From NCBI GenBank assembly GCA_002633005.1, contig NMRA01000304.1, positions 151,200 to 215,199 of the forward strand: 64,000 nucleotides of DNA. The letters run 5' to 3'. Of this stretch, positions 1-14,699 are shown one piece after another. The notes under the pieces are model-generated. The model did not search any database, had not been told where the DNA came from, and saw nothing but the letters and a program-made list of their open reading frames with translations. Each line of letters opens with the position of its first letter. Position 1 is the stretch's first letter. The position numbers and the translations under genes are program-made. The DNA comes from Phoronis australis. Taxonomy: Eukaryota; Animalia; Phoronida.

Positions 1-1931
1 CATTGATAATGATGTAGTCGGGCTTTTTCAACTTATATTCTTGATAAGAAAGGACGTGTTTCGTGTTTTTTGAAGAGCATTGCCGATAATTTCTGTACAA
101 GTGTGCAGTGGACCTTCAAACTGGATAACGTGAGGGATTTAAGTTTATACCCTTTGTAAAAAATTACTTGCAGCCTGCCACATTTCAGTGGGAGATTGAT
201 GGAACTTCAGTGCAGTTAATTCTTGTGTGGCTGGAGCCTAGTTACAGCTGTAATTAGCCATTTTGGGTCAGATTGTGTTGTAAGCATAGAAATTCTGCAT
301 CACTACGATTTTCAGTTTCAGTCCAGTTTCGTGAATGTGACACTGATTGAAACCAAACTATGTGTTCAATTGTTCAGACAAAACACCCCAACCAGGCGAC
401 TGGAGCAATGCCCAGAACCTGGATAAGACAACTGTTCATGTTTACACACATCTACCAACTAGTCTAATTCATAACATCTGTTCCACAGACTAATTTTTCC
501 TACTATTCTGTCTTTGCATTGTGCCCAGTTTGAATGATGGCCTATCAACCAGAGCTGTCTAGTTCTGGTTGGCGGCACTGCTGTTTGCAAAGCAGTTCTT
601 GTGGGTACCACTGGCATTGTTCCATGGCATTGTTTTGGGTTGTGGAACTTAACGCTTCTGTGTCATTCAGGTTCCTTTAAAAATTAGACTCAGATTTAGC
701 ATTACCCTCAGTAAACAAGTTTTCCTTTCCGTTTATGTGTCTTAAATTTCCTCATCATTGAAATTAAAACCTATGCGTTATTAATAGAAAGAGTAGCTGT
801 TCAGCTATTTTTTGCTGAGCTCAGCTTTTTTTAAACATGGCTGCAGGTGGCACTGGTTCACTAAATAATGAGGTCATTTCGAGTGCTGTGTTATGTGATG
901 TTCAATTCTTTATCGAGGGCTCAGAGATTACTGTAAGTCTTTCCACATCTTGCGCTACGTCATGTTTCAATCCTCTATAGTCCTGTCTGGTTTTTTGAAC
1001 TGGCTTGTGGCTTTGGCAGCAGTCTTCTCATGATAAGGGTGTGCTTGGATAAATGTTGAGAACAACAGTGTGTCAGGACTGATTTAGAGCTTCAGCTTGT
1101 GTAAGTGTTGCTGTGTTTTTAATGTGAGTTTGTTTTGAATTTCAATTCAGTTACTTTGGCTCTGACTGGAAGATTCGAGAAATTAGACGTTTGGTTTTTT
1201 GCTTTTGCCGGGATTCTTTTCATGAAAAGTGAAATTAGAAATTTGGTATAACGCTCCACACAACTATTTATGAAAAAAAAACATTTAATCATACTTTGGC
1301 AAAATACTGAGTCTTTTAGAATGTACTCATAACTGCTGGTAAATTATTTTTGAGCTGTGATGTTCTAATGCATAACATTCATAATCCATTATTCAGTAAA
1401 GAAGTTGGTACGTGGGATAAAATTTCACACCTAAGACTTATTAAAGTCCATTTTTGTGGTACAGACTCACCTGGAGGGTCTTGTATCCAACATGAAGCTG
1501 GATTCATGTTGGAGCCTTTACTGTAAACTCTCTTTTGGAATGAGTTATTCGTTCAGGTTTAATTTTATTGATAATACATCTATTTTATAATAGTATTTCT
1601 ACTCTCTATTTCACAAAAGCTCACCGATTTAGGACACAATGTGGCAGGCAAATAAATTTTTTGTTTTCACATTTTTTCGTGAGCAGTAAGAAGGACCAAA
1701 GTATTACTATTTTTAGGTTCTGCAGCTGAAGCATGGCCTACAACTAGTTCAGTTTTCAAGCCTAGTGAATAATGAAATTTGGTGATCTGGTGGTTTAGAA
1801 TGAGGTGTTTCAGTGTTACTGACAATGAAAATTTAATCTGTTCCACCATAGTTTGACTCAGTGACGTCATTTGTGTATGTGAACAGCTAACGAAAGGAGT
1901 CTTGTGTTGACTTGCTTGCCCACTGTACTTA

Positions 1932-2223
1932 CCGTAATCGTTCGGGTTAACGCCCATGCTCAGTTAACCGCCCACCCCCTACTTTAGGTGAATTTCGATT
2001 TAACCACCCACTGCTCGGTTAACCGCCCCCTGCTATTTTTGAAGATTTCCAATTAACCGCCCACTGCTCGGTTAACCGCCCATCCCCTACTTTTGACGAT
2101 TGGTGATTACCGCCCTGTGCTAATAGGAAACGCGAATCCCCGACCTTTTAGATTAAGATCGATGATAACATTGAGTGCAACGACGGCCTCAGAGACCGCG
2201 GTTTAGCAATGTGAATTATGATA
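1932..2223 (+). mobile_element. 5' part of a pogo/Tc1-mariner-like non-autonomous DNA transposon, truncated at scaffold N
   Basis: Begins CCGTAATCGTTCGGGTTAACGCCC immediately after TA (1930-1931). Subterminal repeats GCTCGGTTAACCGCCC near 1958, 2013, 2066. The empty-site flank reappears after the N at 2224. Confidence 0.65.
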
Positions 2224-3951
2224 NGTGTTGACTTGCTTGCCCACTGTACTTACTTAGAAGTTTTACCTGTCAGTTCTCTTGTAATGCATACAATATGGGT
2301 GTACAGTGGTCAACCCAGTGTTCTTGGCAGTCAGCTTCGGTCATTGCGGTAACTATTTAACATGTTGCTGTGTTTAGTTTGGCTCACCTGTGTCAAGTTT
2401 GAAAAATAATAAATTCAATATCATAAGAGAATTTATCATTTCTTTAGCAAATTTTGACATTCTAGCTGTTTCGCACCAGTTCATTATACTGATTCCACGA
2501 CAATCAAACCTCACAACTTGAACATGGACTTTCTCGAGCATCTTCCTTTTTTCTAATTCCTTTCGAGTTTAAATTTAAACACTGCATCCCCTATGGTGAG
2601 TGTATTGGGCATTTTTCTTAAGGAGAACCTTTTAGCATTGCAGGTAGTTGAGTCTCCGGAATTAAAACGGAGTAAAATTTTTATTGCAGTTTTGCAAACA
2701 GGTGCTTCTTTTGATATTATTATCGCATTAGCCTTGGGGTCCTGCATGTTGGTCAGGATTGCTGTAAATGATGTTGTTGTATTTGGTGCACGAAGTGGAA
2801 AGATTTTCGTAAGCAGATGGGATAAGATGTCGTAAATAATCGCGTGGTGCTCCTGCATCAACAGTGTCATTCTTTCTTTGGTATTAGTGATAAAGACTTG
2901 GGCGAGAATCTTGCCGTGAGGCCTTCGTCTAGAGGGTGTTCAGGCTGTCTATGGACTCCCTGACTCAAATTTATACATCATAGTTAGGACCCCCTGTTTG
3001 ACATTTCGATGCTCAAGTAAACTTAGTTAGTAAGCATGGGTATCTCTTTCATTTTGCTAACAGTAGCTCTGTTCAACTTACTGATCATACAGGCAAAAAA
3101 TTATATATTTGCACAAAAATTTGTACAAAATGACATCAACTTTCAAACATTTGCCAAGCTTGTTAAATTACATCGTGAAGTGTCATCTCTGACTTGATTA
3201 GTCCGGACGGTTAATCCATGCTGTTTCACTGTTTTGTTCTCGTGCTTTGTAATTTTGTCTGCTAGAGGAAAATAAACATTTGAAACCTGAAAAAATAAAA
3301 AAATGTAGCTATGGGAACTCATTGGACTTTCCAGAATAAAACGATTGGTTTAGAAATGACTTAACAGTGGAAAAACTTAATGCAGGACCCTGTCTACACG
3401 GTAACATACCACAAAACTAACCACAATTTGATCATGAAATTCCTAGATTAACCCCTGCTTAGCGTTGAGGAATGGCTGCAAGTTGTTTTTATGGTTGTAT
3501 TACAGAATTATAGCAAGTTTCAGTTTGTTGAACACTCATTTTGCCACGCACACTTAGTGGATCACCTGAATACCAGGCCAAGTTCGGCTTAACGCTTATC
3601 GCACCTGAACTGTCATGTATGTGTATCCTGCCGTTGCCTCAATCCATTCCATTTCCACTGAAGTTGATCGATTCCACTGGAGTGGTGATTTAATTACTCA
3701 TACAGATTTATGACTGTAATATATGTTTTTGATTTTAACATAGTTCAAACACACCAGCATCACCTATCCGCCTACCAGGTTGTTGACCTAGGCGTTATCT
3801 CCTGCTGGCGTACTTGCAATATTTTGAGTGGCCATCGTAAAATTGTCATAGCTATGGATTATGTACGTATTTGTTGGAGTGTTGTAATCCACTGTTTTGT
3901 TACATGCGATCGATGTGAATGTAATGCACTAACAAGATTATATTTTTTCAG

Positions 3952-4032
3952 AAACCCGAAAGGGGTCGTATGCGAGTACACCATTTGAATAATGTGAATC
4001 GAGTCATTCAACTTCTCTCCAATACCTACAAT
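3952..4032 (+). CDS. Dys: Dystrophin exon (CH1), KPERGRMRVHHLNNVNRVIQLLSNTYN; human exon 4 equivalent
   Basis: tttttcag acceptor, gtaagt donor, 81 nt, phase 0-0. Confidence 0.93.
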
Positions 4033-4300
4033 GTAAGTATATTTTTTGATAATATCGGGGCATTTTGTTCATCACATAGCAGGTGTTAGATTTTGCATTG
4101 CATGAGGAAGGGGAGATATTATTCGTCTTTGTTTCATCGCAAAGTATCTGTTATCAAATATGTATCAGCTGAGTAGATTTCTAAGTAACATGTTGATGAG
4201 TTTAATTTCTACTATTCAAAATAATCAAAATTTTGGAAAAAAAATTTGGTCGATGTGTGTTTAACAGAAAAGACCCCTTGTGTGTTTCTATTGCAAAACC

Positions 4301-4448
4301 AACTGCAGTGTCTTGAATATAACAACTTGCATACAACTCTTTAGCATTGAGAAACCACAAAACTGTCTTTCACTAACTGCAGTGTCTTGATTGTAACAAC
4401 CTGCGTACAATGCTTTATCACTGAGAAAACGTAAAACTGTCTTCCACT
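4301..4448. repeat. ~74-bp tandem duplication
   Basis: Two copies of AACTGCAGTGTCTTGA...AAAACTGTCTT(T)CACT. Confidence 0.75.
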
Positions 4449-5008
4449 TGATCTAATTTCTAATTCTGGTTCGCGTGGACGAAACGCGACTTTGTTCATG
4501 CGTGGACATTTTATGTTTGAAATTTATTTGTAAAGCGTTTAAATATCCCTCCACACAAAAGTGGCAATTTGATAGCATGATTTTTAGATCCTTACACGTT
4601 ATTCATCTATACCGTCCACCAACTACGCTATCGCCATCTAGTGACGAGGCATATTTCATCATTTCACCACTATATGGGAAAATGACTATTTTCATGAGGG
4701 CGTACACTCGTTGTTTTTTATTTTTGATGCCTGGAAACAATTTATCATAACTATGTAATAAAGCTCCTCACCACACCCCACTAAACGTGGTTAAAACCGC
4801 TGCACAGCTCAATTTAGAAGTTTTTAATGAGCAAGTCAGCCTGGCTAAATTTATACAATGCACACTAGCTAGGTAGAGTTCACCGATGGCTTCTATGGCT
4901 ACATTTGCCACTGTAGACTGGATCCATTCCAGTTTGAATTTGGAGAATTTTGTCTTTGTCTAATTATTGATGTAGGTGGCTTGAGAAAACGTGGATTCAT
5001 AATGTTGT

Positions 5009-5353
5009 AAGACTCTTTCATACTGACTTAACTGAGGGGAGGGCTGACGTAAACTGCGAAGTTAACTGATCCATTCATACCGGCTTCAGTAATTGATGGA
5101 CATCAAAGTTAATGATAGGTGACGCTGTCATCATCGAAGTGATCGCAAGGTGGCGCTGATGCATCGCGTGCATGCTAAGATTTTTTTAATGTGACAATTC
5201 AAAAACATTAATTTGCATGTGCTAATTGACAAAACCTATTTCTAATTTAACTGGCGCTGTTAACTTCAGTCCAGGACCGAAGTTAACCCTTCATACTGAC
5301 TGCAACTCCCCCAAAACATCGACGACGTGTTGACATTAGTATGAAAGGACCTA
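5009..5353. mobile_element. Probable MITE
   Basis: Imperfect terminal inverted repeats CTTTCATACT / AGTATGAAAG, plus internal CTTCATACTGAC and GAAGTTAAC repeats. Confidence 0.45.
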
Positions 5354-6014
5354 TAGGATAAACTTAGTCAAACTGTCAAAAATTGATGCGTCAGTTTGAG
5401 CCAATGGATAGGATTACATTAAGTTCTAGGTTCTCCTGAAAATGGCAGACAGCATGCTGCCGAAGGTGCATGAGAGTGTTGGGCAGTGTCATGGCAGTTT
5501 GAGACCTGTACAACTATCCAAATATTGATATTAGACTGTGAATGGCATGTCTAATCTTCAGGATTGATCATCATGGTCATAAACATGTGAAATTTTCAAA
5601 TGTGAGTTTTAGTATAACCCTCATTCAGTTCCTTTCATTGAGCTCAACTCCTGCATGGGCAGTAAAAGAGCACAGCCAGTCTAAGAATGTGTTCACAGAG
5701 CCATTACATTTTGTCTGTTTTTATAAGCAGACTGTTGTGATATTGACAGTATCTTCCTTTAGTGTCCATCCAGGGATACATGATCAACTCTTGACCATTA
5801 TCTCTCAGGAGTTCACTTGGCTGAGCTTCAGATCTGTTAATTGCTGCCATAGTTGGTCAACACCAGAAGACATGCCCCTCCTTACATGTGCCAGGCATTC
5901 TCTGTTTTCCCACCAGAAAAGCTATACAAGTCATGCATTAGGTGCCTGAATTTATTTTCCCCTCAGCACAACAAGTTTTGACATTCAGTTTTAAATAATT
6001 ATGTAACAAAGTTT

Positions 6015-7020
6015 GTGACTGATGACAGTGACAATGGTGGTGACAATTTTGGTGAGGGTGATGTTGATGTTCTTAATTATAATGAGAGTAATGATGGCTG
6101 TTGTCACTAATGTGCTGATTTTCAGCATACTGGTGATAACGACAATGACATCAATGATGATTTAACCTTTTTGTCATTGTTGACAGCTAAGCCATTGTCA
6201 TCACATTTTGATGATCAGGTGGTGGTGGTGGTGGCGGCGATAGTTATGATGTTGTCGCAACATAATAATTATGGTGATTATCATGATATTGATGTTGTGA
6301 CGTGCTCTTGTGATATTGATATTCAAGCTTTCTTAAAACGGATTGTTGTCATTCTGGATGTATTGGACTATCTTGATAAGAATGCTTTAGCATCAACACC
6401 AGAGGACAGTAAATAAATAACGGTCATTTGCACTAGTTTTGAACATTAGTCGGATAGAACCAGCAGTAGCGGTATGTACCTTCTTTGGGTACTACGTATT
6501 TACAAAACATAAAATGGTTCCGGGTGATCAGTGTAATGGGCCCACATGAGCGACGTGCACATGGTACTTTTGTACCAGACTGCCTGCAGTTATTTTTTGG
6601 TTACTGTAATGTATTGAATTGAACACCAGTGAGTGTGAGTGGGTGATGTTCTTAGCACAGGATTCTGGCTGTGACTTAGACGAAAATCAGGCAATGAGTC
6701 TATCCATTCTTTACATTTGGCAATTTATAACTTAAGTGTAGTTAGAGCAATGCTTGTAACATATCGAAGGAAGTCAATTTACATTTTGTTACTGTTCAAG
6801 ACAGGCTTCAATTTTAATGATCACAGCAGTATGGTGGTGACACTCAGCCTCACTGTGATGATGACGGCAACAGGGATGTTGATGGCAATGACAACGAAAG
6901 TGACCGTTTTAATGATGATTGTGAATGTTGATGATTAGGACAATGACAGTGGTCATGTTGAACTTTCTCATTACATCTCTGATTGAGGCTATGGTGATAG
7001 TGGCGATGATGATTTTAATA
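6015..7020. repeat. Two degenerate (GAT/GGT/GAC)n low-complexity tracts (~6015-6325 and ~6815-7020)
   Basis: Dense TGA/TGG trinucleotide periodicity; explains the Met/Val/Asp-rich spurious ORFs here. Confidence 0.7.
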
Positions 7021-10000
7021 GCTTCAAGAATCAGTCATTGGAGCTATCTTAACTTGTGGAATTCAAGCTTGACTGGAGACGAAACACGGGATTGTGTGTT
7101 TGTTGAATGTTGAGCATTTGAAAGAGAATCCCATGCAGTTGGTCTCTACACAACTATCTGGGAAATTTTATCTGAAAAATGTACTTTCAAGAAGACCCTA
7201 TAATTAGCGCTATTCATGACAGTTGGCATGTCAGCCCACAGCCAGATGCTGAATGGACTTTTAGCAGTCTACTGGCCCATAAATCAGCCAGAGTGAGAGT
7301 TATTCACATGAACTGCTCTTTATCAGTTGGAGGGATGTACACTGGCCCTGCCTGTGTTTGTTCAGAGAAGTTGTTCAAATTCTACCTGGTGTGGTTGTCT
7401 ATTACTCTGTGTGTGCAGAAAGATGTACAAGCACAATGAACCGAGATTCGTTCAGTAAGATCTGGAAGTTTAGCTAATATTACTAAAATGCAAATTTTAT
7501 ACCCCTACATATCTGTATGCATGTGTACTTGCGTTCATGTGCACATGTGTGTGTCAGTCATCTGCTGTTAATAACAAGTTACAGACTGATATAACTTGTG
7601 CTGCTCCTTAGCAGAATTTTTAGTTTTTGTACTCTATATTTCCGAAATTCCACGTCAGATTTATATGCAATTAGGCATGTGGTGCCGCTTCGTTCGAGAT
7701 GATGACAACTTTCTAAATTTCTAGCATATTTAATGCATTGTGCTTCCAATATGCGCCATTTTATAATTTTCAAACCTACTTTTGCATCGGTCCGCTTCTC
7801 TTTCTGCCAAAACCAGGTGAAGGATCATTTAATGGCATTTGGTTGAATTGTTCTTATTGGGGGAATACGACTAAGGATTGGTGCGACTGCTGTTTAACCC
7901 CGTTTTTTTTGCATGCCTCAATGGATGTGTTCCTTATAGAGATATGGAATACGAAAGCTTGTCAAAAATATCTTTAAACTTCCTGAAGAAAGAACCATCT
8001 CGCAGCGTCTAGTACAGAGTAATTCACTAATTCCCCTGTAAGGAAATTTTCAGAAAAAAATCACAAAATTCACGATTTTTAAAATATGTGCGAAGGAAAA
8101 ACTGTGTGGTTACGACAGACTTTCTAATCTCCCTCCCATTTAGGATACATGCGCCCATGCGGCATGCACTGACAGTCAGTTGCTTGAAGTCGTTTGAGGT
8201 CATGGGTCACATTTTACATCTTGCCATTCCAAATAAGGAGAGTTGCTTTGCCTTGTGGGAGAAAAATGTACAAAGTGGCGAGCAGTTGGCAGATCGTTTG
8301 TTTGAAATATGAAACTAAAAGAAAATACTTTGATATCAACAGATATTAAAACCCTAAAAGTACCTGGTCAGCAGGTTGAATTCTGTTTCAGTGGTAGAGA
8401 ACCACTTTCAATAGTGCAATTTAGTCTGTTTATAGCATTCCAGGCCTCTTTAATTTTTGGAGAACATACTGCTGTTGATTTTCGAACTTGTCCAAATACT
8501 GTGATCCCCTTGTGGCAATTTTGTTTTTGTCTCTGCCACCATATCTAAGTATGCTCCTTGATGGATCTTCATGATATGAGAGCATGACTAGTGTTGATTT
8601 TTGATAGAACAGACTAACGGTTGTGCTCCCTTGTGGCAATTTTGTTTTTTCCACTTCCGTCTCAATATCTATCTTTGATGGTTTTTCATGAAAGTTGGCA
8701 AATGCTATTTCTATTGAGGAAATCAAGACTGACAGTGTGGATTCTTGGGCAGATGTGGCTAGTGGCGTCACATGGTGGCAAATCGGCATAGGGTCAGCCT
8801 TCCACCAAGTTCTTCGATAGATCCTCATGAAATTCGACCTACCTTGCTGATGTTGATTTTCAAATGGGTTTGACTACTGTGGAAATATTCGAGAAAAGAG
8901 CACCCCTTATATCTTTACCATTTGTGATGCAAGGTCTGTGTAGAAATTCAACTCTCACCGATCTTCTTTTAGGCAACCCTATATGTTCTTTTCGTAATGG
9001 AATTTTTTAAACACTGCTTTGCAGTCATTGTTTGATGGGAAGTTTTCCTATGTGTAGTGACTGTAAATAACCTTGGGCTGAATTGTAGTGGCTGGAATTG
9101 CCCTCAGACACCAATTATTGTCAAAACAATCTAATGAAGCTTGTTAGGCCTGGCATAAAATTTTTATGAAGCCTTTACGGTAACATTCACTTTCAGGGGT
9201 CCCAATTTTGAGAATCATTTTTCTCCACTGAATAACCGGAATCAAATTGGGTCTCAATATCCGGAACCCCTGCAAGTGACCATTGCCCCCTTATCCACGA
9301 GAGTGCCAGTTGAAGATTAGCTCAAACTCATTAGGTCATGAAGTCGTTGAGGTGAAGTCACTTGTCACTGGCCTCAGCACTTGAATGTCCATTAAATATT
9401 TGAAACAAACCTTCGTTATGCTTATTGGCATAAGCTTGCTGTACAAATCAACTGACTGCTTTGTGAACCATAAGTATGTCGCATGTGATTAGTTGAAGAG
9501 TCGCTAACAATTCGAAGACAGAGATCACCCTTTTATCATTTAGGTCTTCACCACTTGTTTTATTAACCAAGAAGGTTCAATGATAAACTATGTATATCGT
9601 CAACATAGCAGCTTTTCATTCTAAAAACTGAGATGTGTCTTTTTTCTTAGTAATAATTAAAATTTATTTACCATTTATTGTCATGAGAAAAATATACAGC
9701 TTACAGTATTTAAAAGCAGTTATCCTTGGGGTACTCGGCTATAGTTTTGACAGGGATGCAGTTGGAAAATTAGAATAAGTGTGGATTAAAAAACAGAACC
9801 TATTTGAATTGCGCTCAAATGAGCTTCATCTGTAAAAAGTTGTCATTTCATAGAGTTTTATTTTGGAAACACCACACGAATGTAGGGGTTAATTCCTTAA
9901 ATTTAATCCTTTCTCTACCGTGTCTTTCTAAACCATTTTGCCTAAATCCGCCCAGCAAGAACATACTTTTCTGTAGATTTTTGTATTTGGAAATGGTAAC

Positions 10001-12180
10001 ATTTAATTGACATGTTTGAAAGGAACCCTTTCGTTGGGAATTTAATTGTGGAAATATTGTCTGCCTGAGCTGCATGTCCCTTTAAGATGTATTTGCATGC
10101 TCCTAACTATGTTAATGTATAACAGGATTTGAACGACAATGCTATTTGAACATCATCTACGCTAAACAAAGTGCAGTTGTATTCATTCACCAATGTGAAA
10201 ACAAAAAATTCTGCAAATAGGGCTCACATAACCCTCATCATGCAGTGTTACTCCCCAACTGAACACCACAGTCAGGATACTTACTGGATATGATTGAGTG
10301 ATTTACGAGGGATCATTTTCAACACAAAACTGTTCCTACCTTATATTCACACTGTTACTGTATGTTGTGTTTCCAACTAATTTGGCCAAGCAATCACAAA
10401 GATAAGGAATTAGTGTGCAAGTTACACTTTAAATCTCTTCTTTGGGAGTACCCCGGAATTGTACCCAGGCAATGCAACAGTTTTGTATACTTGTGGGGTG
10501 AGTGGCACTTGGTAAGGTATTTGGCAAGAGATTGTGAACTAACACGTTATCATAATTCTTCATTTATTAGAGCGCATTATGACCAACAGGAAATTTTGGT
10601 AAATTCTCCACAAAAGTAAAGATTACAAGAACATCTTGGTCCACCACAAGCATGGATTATAGTTTGTAGATTTTATAAAATAACATTCGATAAAATTCCA
10701 ATTATTTGCAAAAAGGTAACCAACCATGGATAAATGAAAATTCCAATTATTTGCAAAAAGGAAACCGACCATGGATAAATGGAAAAAAGAAAATTTTGGC
10801 AATTATTTTTGTGCGAAATAAGTGGAGACTTATTGTGGTTTAATGTCCTCTGACTGATGTTAATCAATGTTTCCTCCCTTCTTTGATGGTGAGGTTGGAC
10901 TGGTCTACCAACTGTGTTTCCATAGTAACTGCTCTGGTGTTCTGGTGCTCTCTTGATTAGTTTAGGAATTAACTACTGAGAATGCCTGATAAGCCTAAAA
11001 GTGTATAAATATAGAAAATGATATTTTTTAATAACCCCAATGAAATATATACCCAGATTATTAGAGATGGGAGGTGTATTAAATACGTGCAGAAATATGC
11101 TGCTGTTGTAAGTATTGTATGAGTGTAAATCTGGTAAACCAATGGTGGCATATTTTTTTACAAAAAGTTACCTAAATCATCATGAAGTGATCCTACACAA
11201 AAATGATGTTTAGCTAATTGTCCATTCTGAGATACCTTGCAAAAGTGAACTTACCCGTGTTTTCAGGTCTTTGATGCTTTTACCAACTGTCATTGTTTTA
11301 GGTAGACTAATTTGTCTCTTAGCCCTTGTTATATTACTCGCTCACATGAAAACCCACAAGCTTGTATTGCAGTGAGGACTGGGGAGTAAGATAAGATCTT
11401 ATCAGCTTAGGACACCTTGTGACGAGCGGAGAAATTTTATTTTGCTCACATTTTTTCATAAAAGACAAGTATCACCAAAGTAATGCTTTACTAGTTTTAA
11501 GTGTGTTACCATAGCTACCACTGGTCAATATTTCGAAAGTTTCAGGGATTCACAACAATGTTAGCCTTTGGGGAATGAGAAAAAGAAAATTTTGACAATT
11601 TTTTGTTCAAAATAGTGAAATTATGCTAAAATTATGCTGCTTATCATGATGACGTGTTCTGAACCCCATTTGACAACGTGACAAGGTCACTTCTATCAAA
11701 AATAACGGCTAAAATCGGTCTGTTCATTTTTCAAAGACTTACAACATTGTGAATGGTGTCTGCTTTCTCCGTACATGGTCTAGAACTGTAAAATGATTTA
11801 GCATTTGTTTTGTGCCCCTTATATTTCATAAACAAAAAAGGAAGAAAAAGTCAGTGAAATTGTACCGTAATTGTTGTGAGGCTACGTGACGATCCTGTAA
11901 TTTAATTTGATTCTCAGTGTCATGATCGGTGGTAATATGCCACGCCAACACTCCTCTCAACAGTTCAAGCCATTATCGCATCTGCAAATCAAAATTAGGT
12001 GACTGCTAGGAAATGACGTTTCTGATTGTCCAATGATGCCAATTTGGACATAGAGATCTCTTTGAATGTCTTCCATTTTATTATGAATTGTGCATCAGTT
12101 TTTTTGCTATTTCCCAAAATAAATCTATGGTTTTATGTCTATGATCATTTTAATTGACAAAATTTGTTTTTATATTGCAG

Positions 12181-12273
12181 ATCAAGTTAGTGAATATCAG
12201 TAGTGACGACGTTGTCGACGGCAACCCCAAATTAATCCTCGGTCTAGTCTGGAGTATTATACAGCACTGGCAG
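12181..12273 (+). CDS. Dys: Dystrophin exon (CH1 end), [31 protein letters not shown]; human exon 5 equivalent
   Basis: ttgcag acceptor, gtaaga donor, 93 nt, actinin-type ABD signature. Confidence 0.97.
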
Positions 12274-13969
12274 GTAAGAGGTGATGCTTTTTGCAGGAAA
12301 TCACAACATATCCCTCCTTCATTCATCACCAGTGTTTTGGTAGACACTAATGCAATGTTCAGTCTTGAGCTTTCTTAATGGCAGATGGTTTCAGGTTTTT
12401 CATTCATTCTCATGTACTTTGGCCATTACCTGGTCAATACTTGCTTAAGATCTCTTTGTAATAAGCAGTGTTATAATGGTGCATTCTCCAGCCTGTACAG
12501 TTTTGTATGTGAATGAACATTCTGTTGACAGCCTACATTAGCATAGCAGAATGCTAGCATATTTTGTGTGCTAGTTATTCTAATGACACGGCCTCAAGAT
12601 CACCTTGATTGGTTTCCGATCTAAACTCTAGATGGCATCGTAGCTACGTGTTTAGGTGGGAAAACTCGACTCAGGGGCTGACTTAGTGATATTCATGAAT
12701 TAAATATCAGGGGCTGACTTAGTGTTATTCGTGAACTAAGTATCATTGCACCAGACTACGTATATTAGACAACGGGTGAGAAACTTGAAGCATATGTCAT
12801 GAAAAGGCGCTATTTTGTGTCAACAGTGTTGACTGCCAGAGAAGTGTGGCAGTAGCCAATTAGAGTTTAGCAGTCTCTCGTTTATGTATAGACTGTTGAA
12901 TAGTCAGAAGATGACCAAACTGAAGACTGGACAAAAAATATTACTCAATTGTGTGTCATGTTTTTTTATAAATTTTCAAATTTTCATGTTGTGTAGTTTG
13001 TTTTTCAGCTGAATGTCATGTAAGTGGTAAAGCCCCAGGCAGCAACTGTTTGGCCATTATGGTATTTCCTTGTTATTAATCCTCTTTCTAACAGTTTTAC
13101 GACTCCGAGAATGTGAGCTCTGCATTTTCAACTCCTCCATAAAACATTAAATTCTGCTTATTCAATCTGCATGCAATCCTATTTTCCTACTAGTAATGGT
13201 AAAATCTCACTAATGTAGGACACGATATGGCATACAAGTGATTTTTTCATAAAAGATAAAAAATTTGCACCGCCTTAATACTGTATCACTATAAGTTTTC
13301 TACGACGGCTCTATTAAGGAAAGTTATGGGAAATCGACATTCACAAGACTTTTGGAGGCTTTTGAAAAATGATAAGATCAGTTTTAATAATTTTTGTCGA
13401 AAATAAGTGAAATTTTACCATATGTCAAACTAAAAAACAAGTTGAAATACATCATTGTATGCCGTAATGATAAAAGACTTCAAAGGGATAAATTATGTAA
13501 CATATTAATCTGCTGTGTTCATCCACAGGATAGACCTGGGCATTTAATTTGAGAAACTAAGAAATCACAAGGAGAGCGAAAATCAGTTGGGGGACTTTAT
13601 GACAATTGTTTCTGAAAATTCATTTCAGGGACAGTCATTGATTTGGGAATTTGATTCGAATTTCCACTTAACACATTAGGGTCGACTAATAGCTGAATAT
13701 TGACAATGTATTGATTGTTTGTTAATCACAGGAGCGATTTCTGTGTGTTTTAGAAGGTGAAATTCTGCATGTGTACTGTGAGATAGTAGCGTTATAAACT
13801 CATAGTGGCTTAAAGGACAATGTATTTTATAAACTCCACTTGCGACATTCTTTCCTCAGATCAGAAGTGAGTTTAGACTTGGGAAAACTGGCTGCTCGTT
13901 ATTGGTTGAGGCCATGTTTGTTAGTGGGGTTGACAGCGATCACCATTTTATGTGCTGAAACAATACGGC

Positions 13970-14235
13970 ACGAAATACACTGGTTCTCTGATCGCAAATT
14001 TGATGGATATACTTATACTACTTTGACTGGAAACTGCCTGTTCTGTGTTCGAACACTCGTTGGAATTAAAAATTGTTACTAACTGGAAGTAATCAAGTTT
14101 TGTGATCGAACACTAGATGGAGTTACTTGTTCTTCTATGACTGGAAATGGCCCATTGCTATGATAGAACACTAGATGAAGTTACCTGTTGTTACTAAAAT
14201 TGCAAATACCGTGGTTCTGTATTGAAAACTTTATT
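13970..14235. repeat. Degenerate ~58-bp tandem repeat, about 4-5 copies
   Basis: Recurrent ACTGGAA...TGTGATCGAACACTAGATGGAGTTAC units. Confidence 0.6.
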
Positions 14236-14581
14236 TAGTTTCAAGTTGTAACATTAGTTATATTGCTTTTGGACATTTAAAAAGATTTGTGAGTCAGTAT
14301 TTAACAATATTTGTCTTACTGATATCCCGACAGATTATCTCCACATGTAACCACATGTGGTTTGTTACGGTATGATGAAAAAGGCGTAACTTTTGCGTTT
14401 GATGACTGGGCCTCATTTTTTAGTTGTAAATTGTCTCTTTGTAGAACTACTGTTGAGCAGACCCATGAGCTGTCATCAATTTCCAAGATATGTTGTTTCG
14501 CAGTTGTAGATGAGCCAACTCGCAGACGAGGCAGTCTCGCCATTCGGTGGCTAAGTCTAACCTGTGTCATTCTGTGTTTAG

Positions 14582-14673
14582 GTTCGTGACGTGCTGAAGA
14601 GTATGATGGCAGAGTTACACCAGACAAACATGGAACAGACGCTGCTAGCCTGGTGTAGACAAGCCACGCAGGG
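14582..14673 (+). CDS. Dys: Dystrophin exon (CH2 start), VRDVLKSMMAELHQTNMEQTLLAWCRQATQG
   Basis: tttag acceptor, gtaaga donor, 92 nt, phase 0-2. Confidence 0.95.
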
Positions 14674-14699
14674 GTAAGATAGTGCTGGTTTGTATATCG

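Noticed and set aside
1070-1106. Consensus GTAAGT donor at 1101 as a possible alternative 5' exon
   Set aside because: No in-frame ATG or convincing acceptor/promoter; cannot be supported from sequence alone.
1466-1500. Intronic stretch translating THLEGLVSNMKL, reminiscent of CH1 LEGLTGQKL
   Set aside because: There is no GT donor at the required position and no upstream DL.DG..LL motif; likely coincidence.
6171-7113. Met/Val/Asp-rich ORFs in the ORF track
   Set aside because: They are products of degenerate trinucleotide low-complexity DNA.
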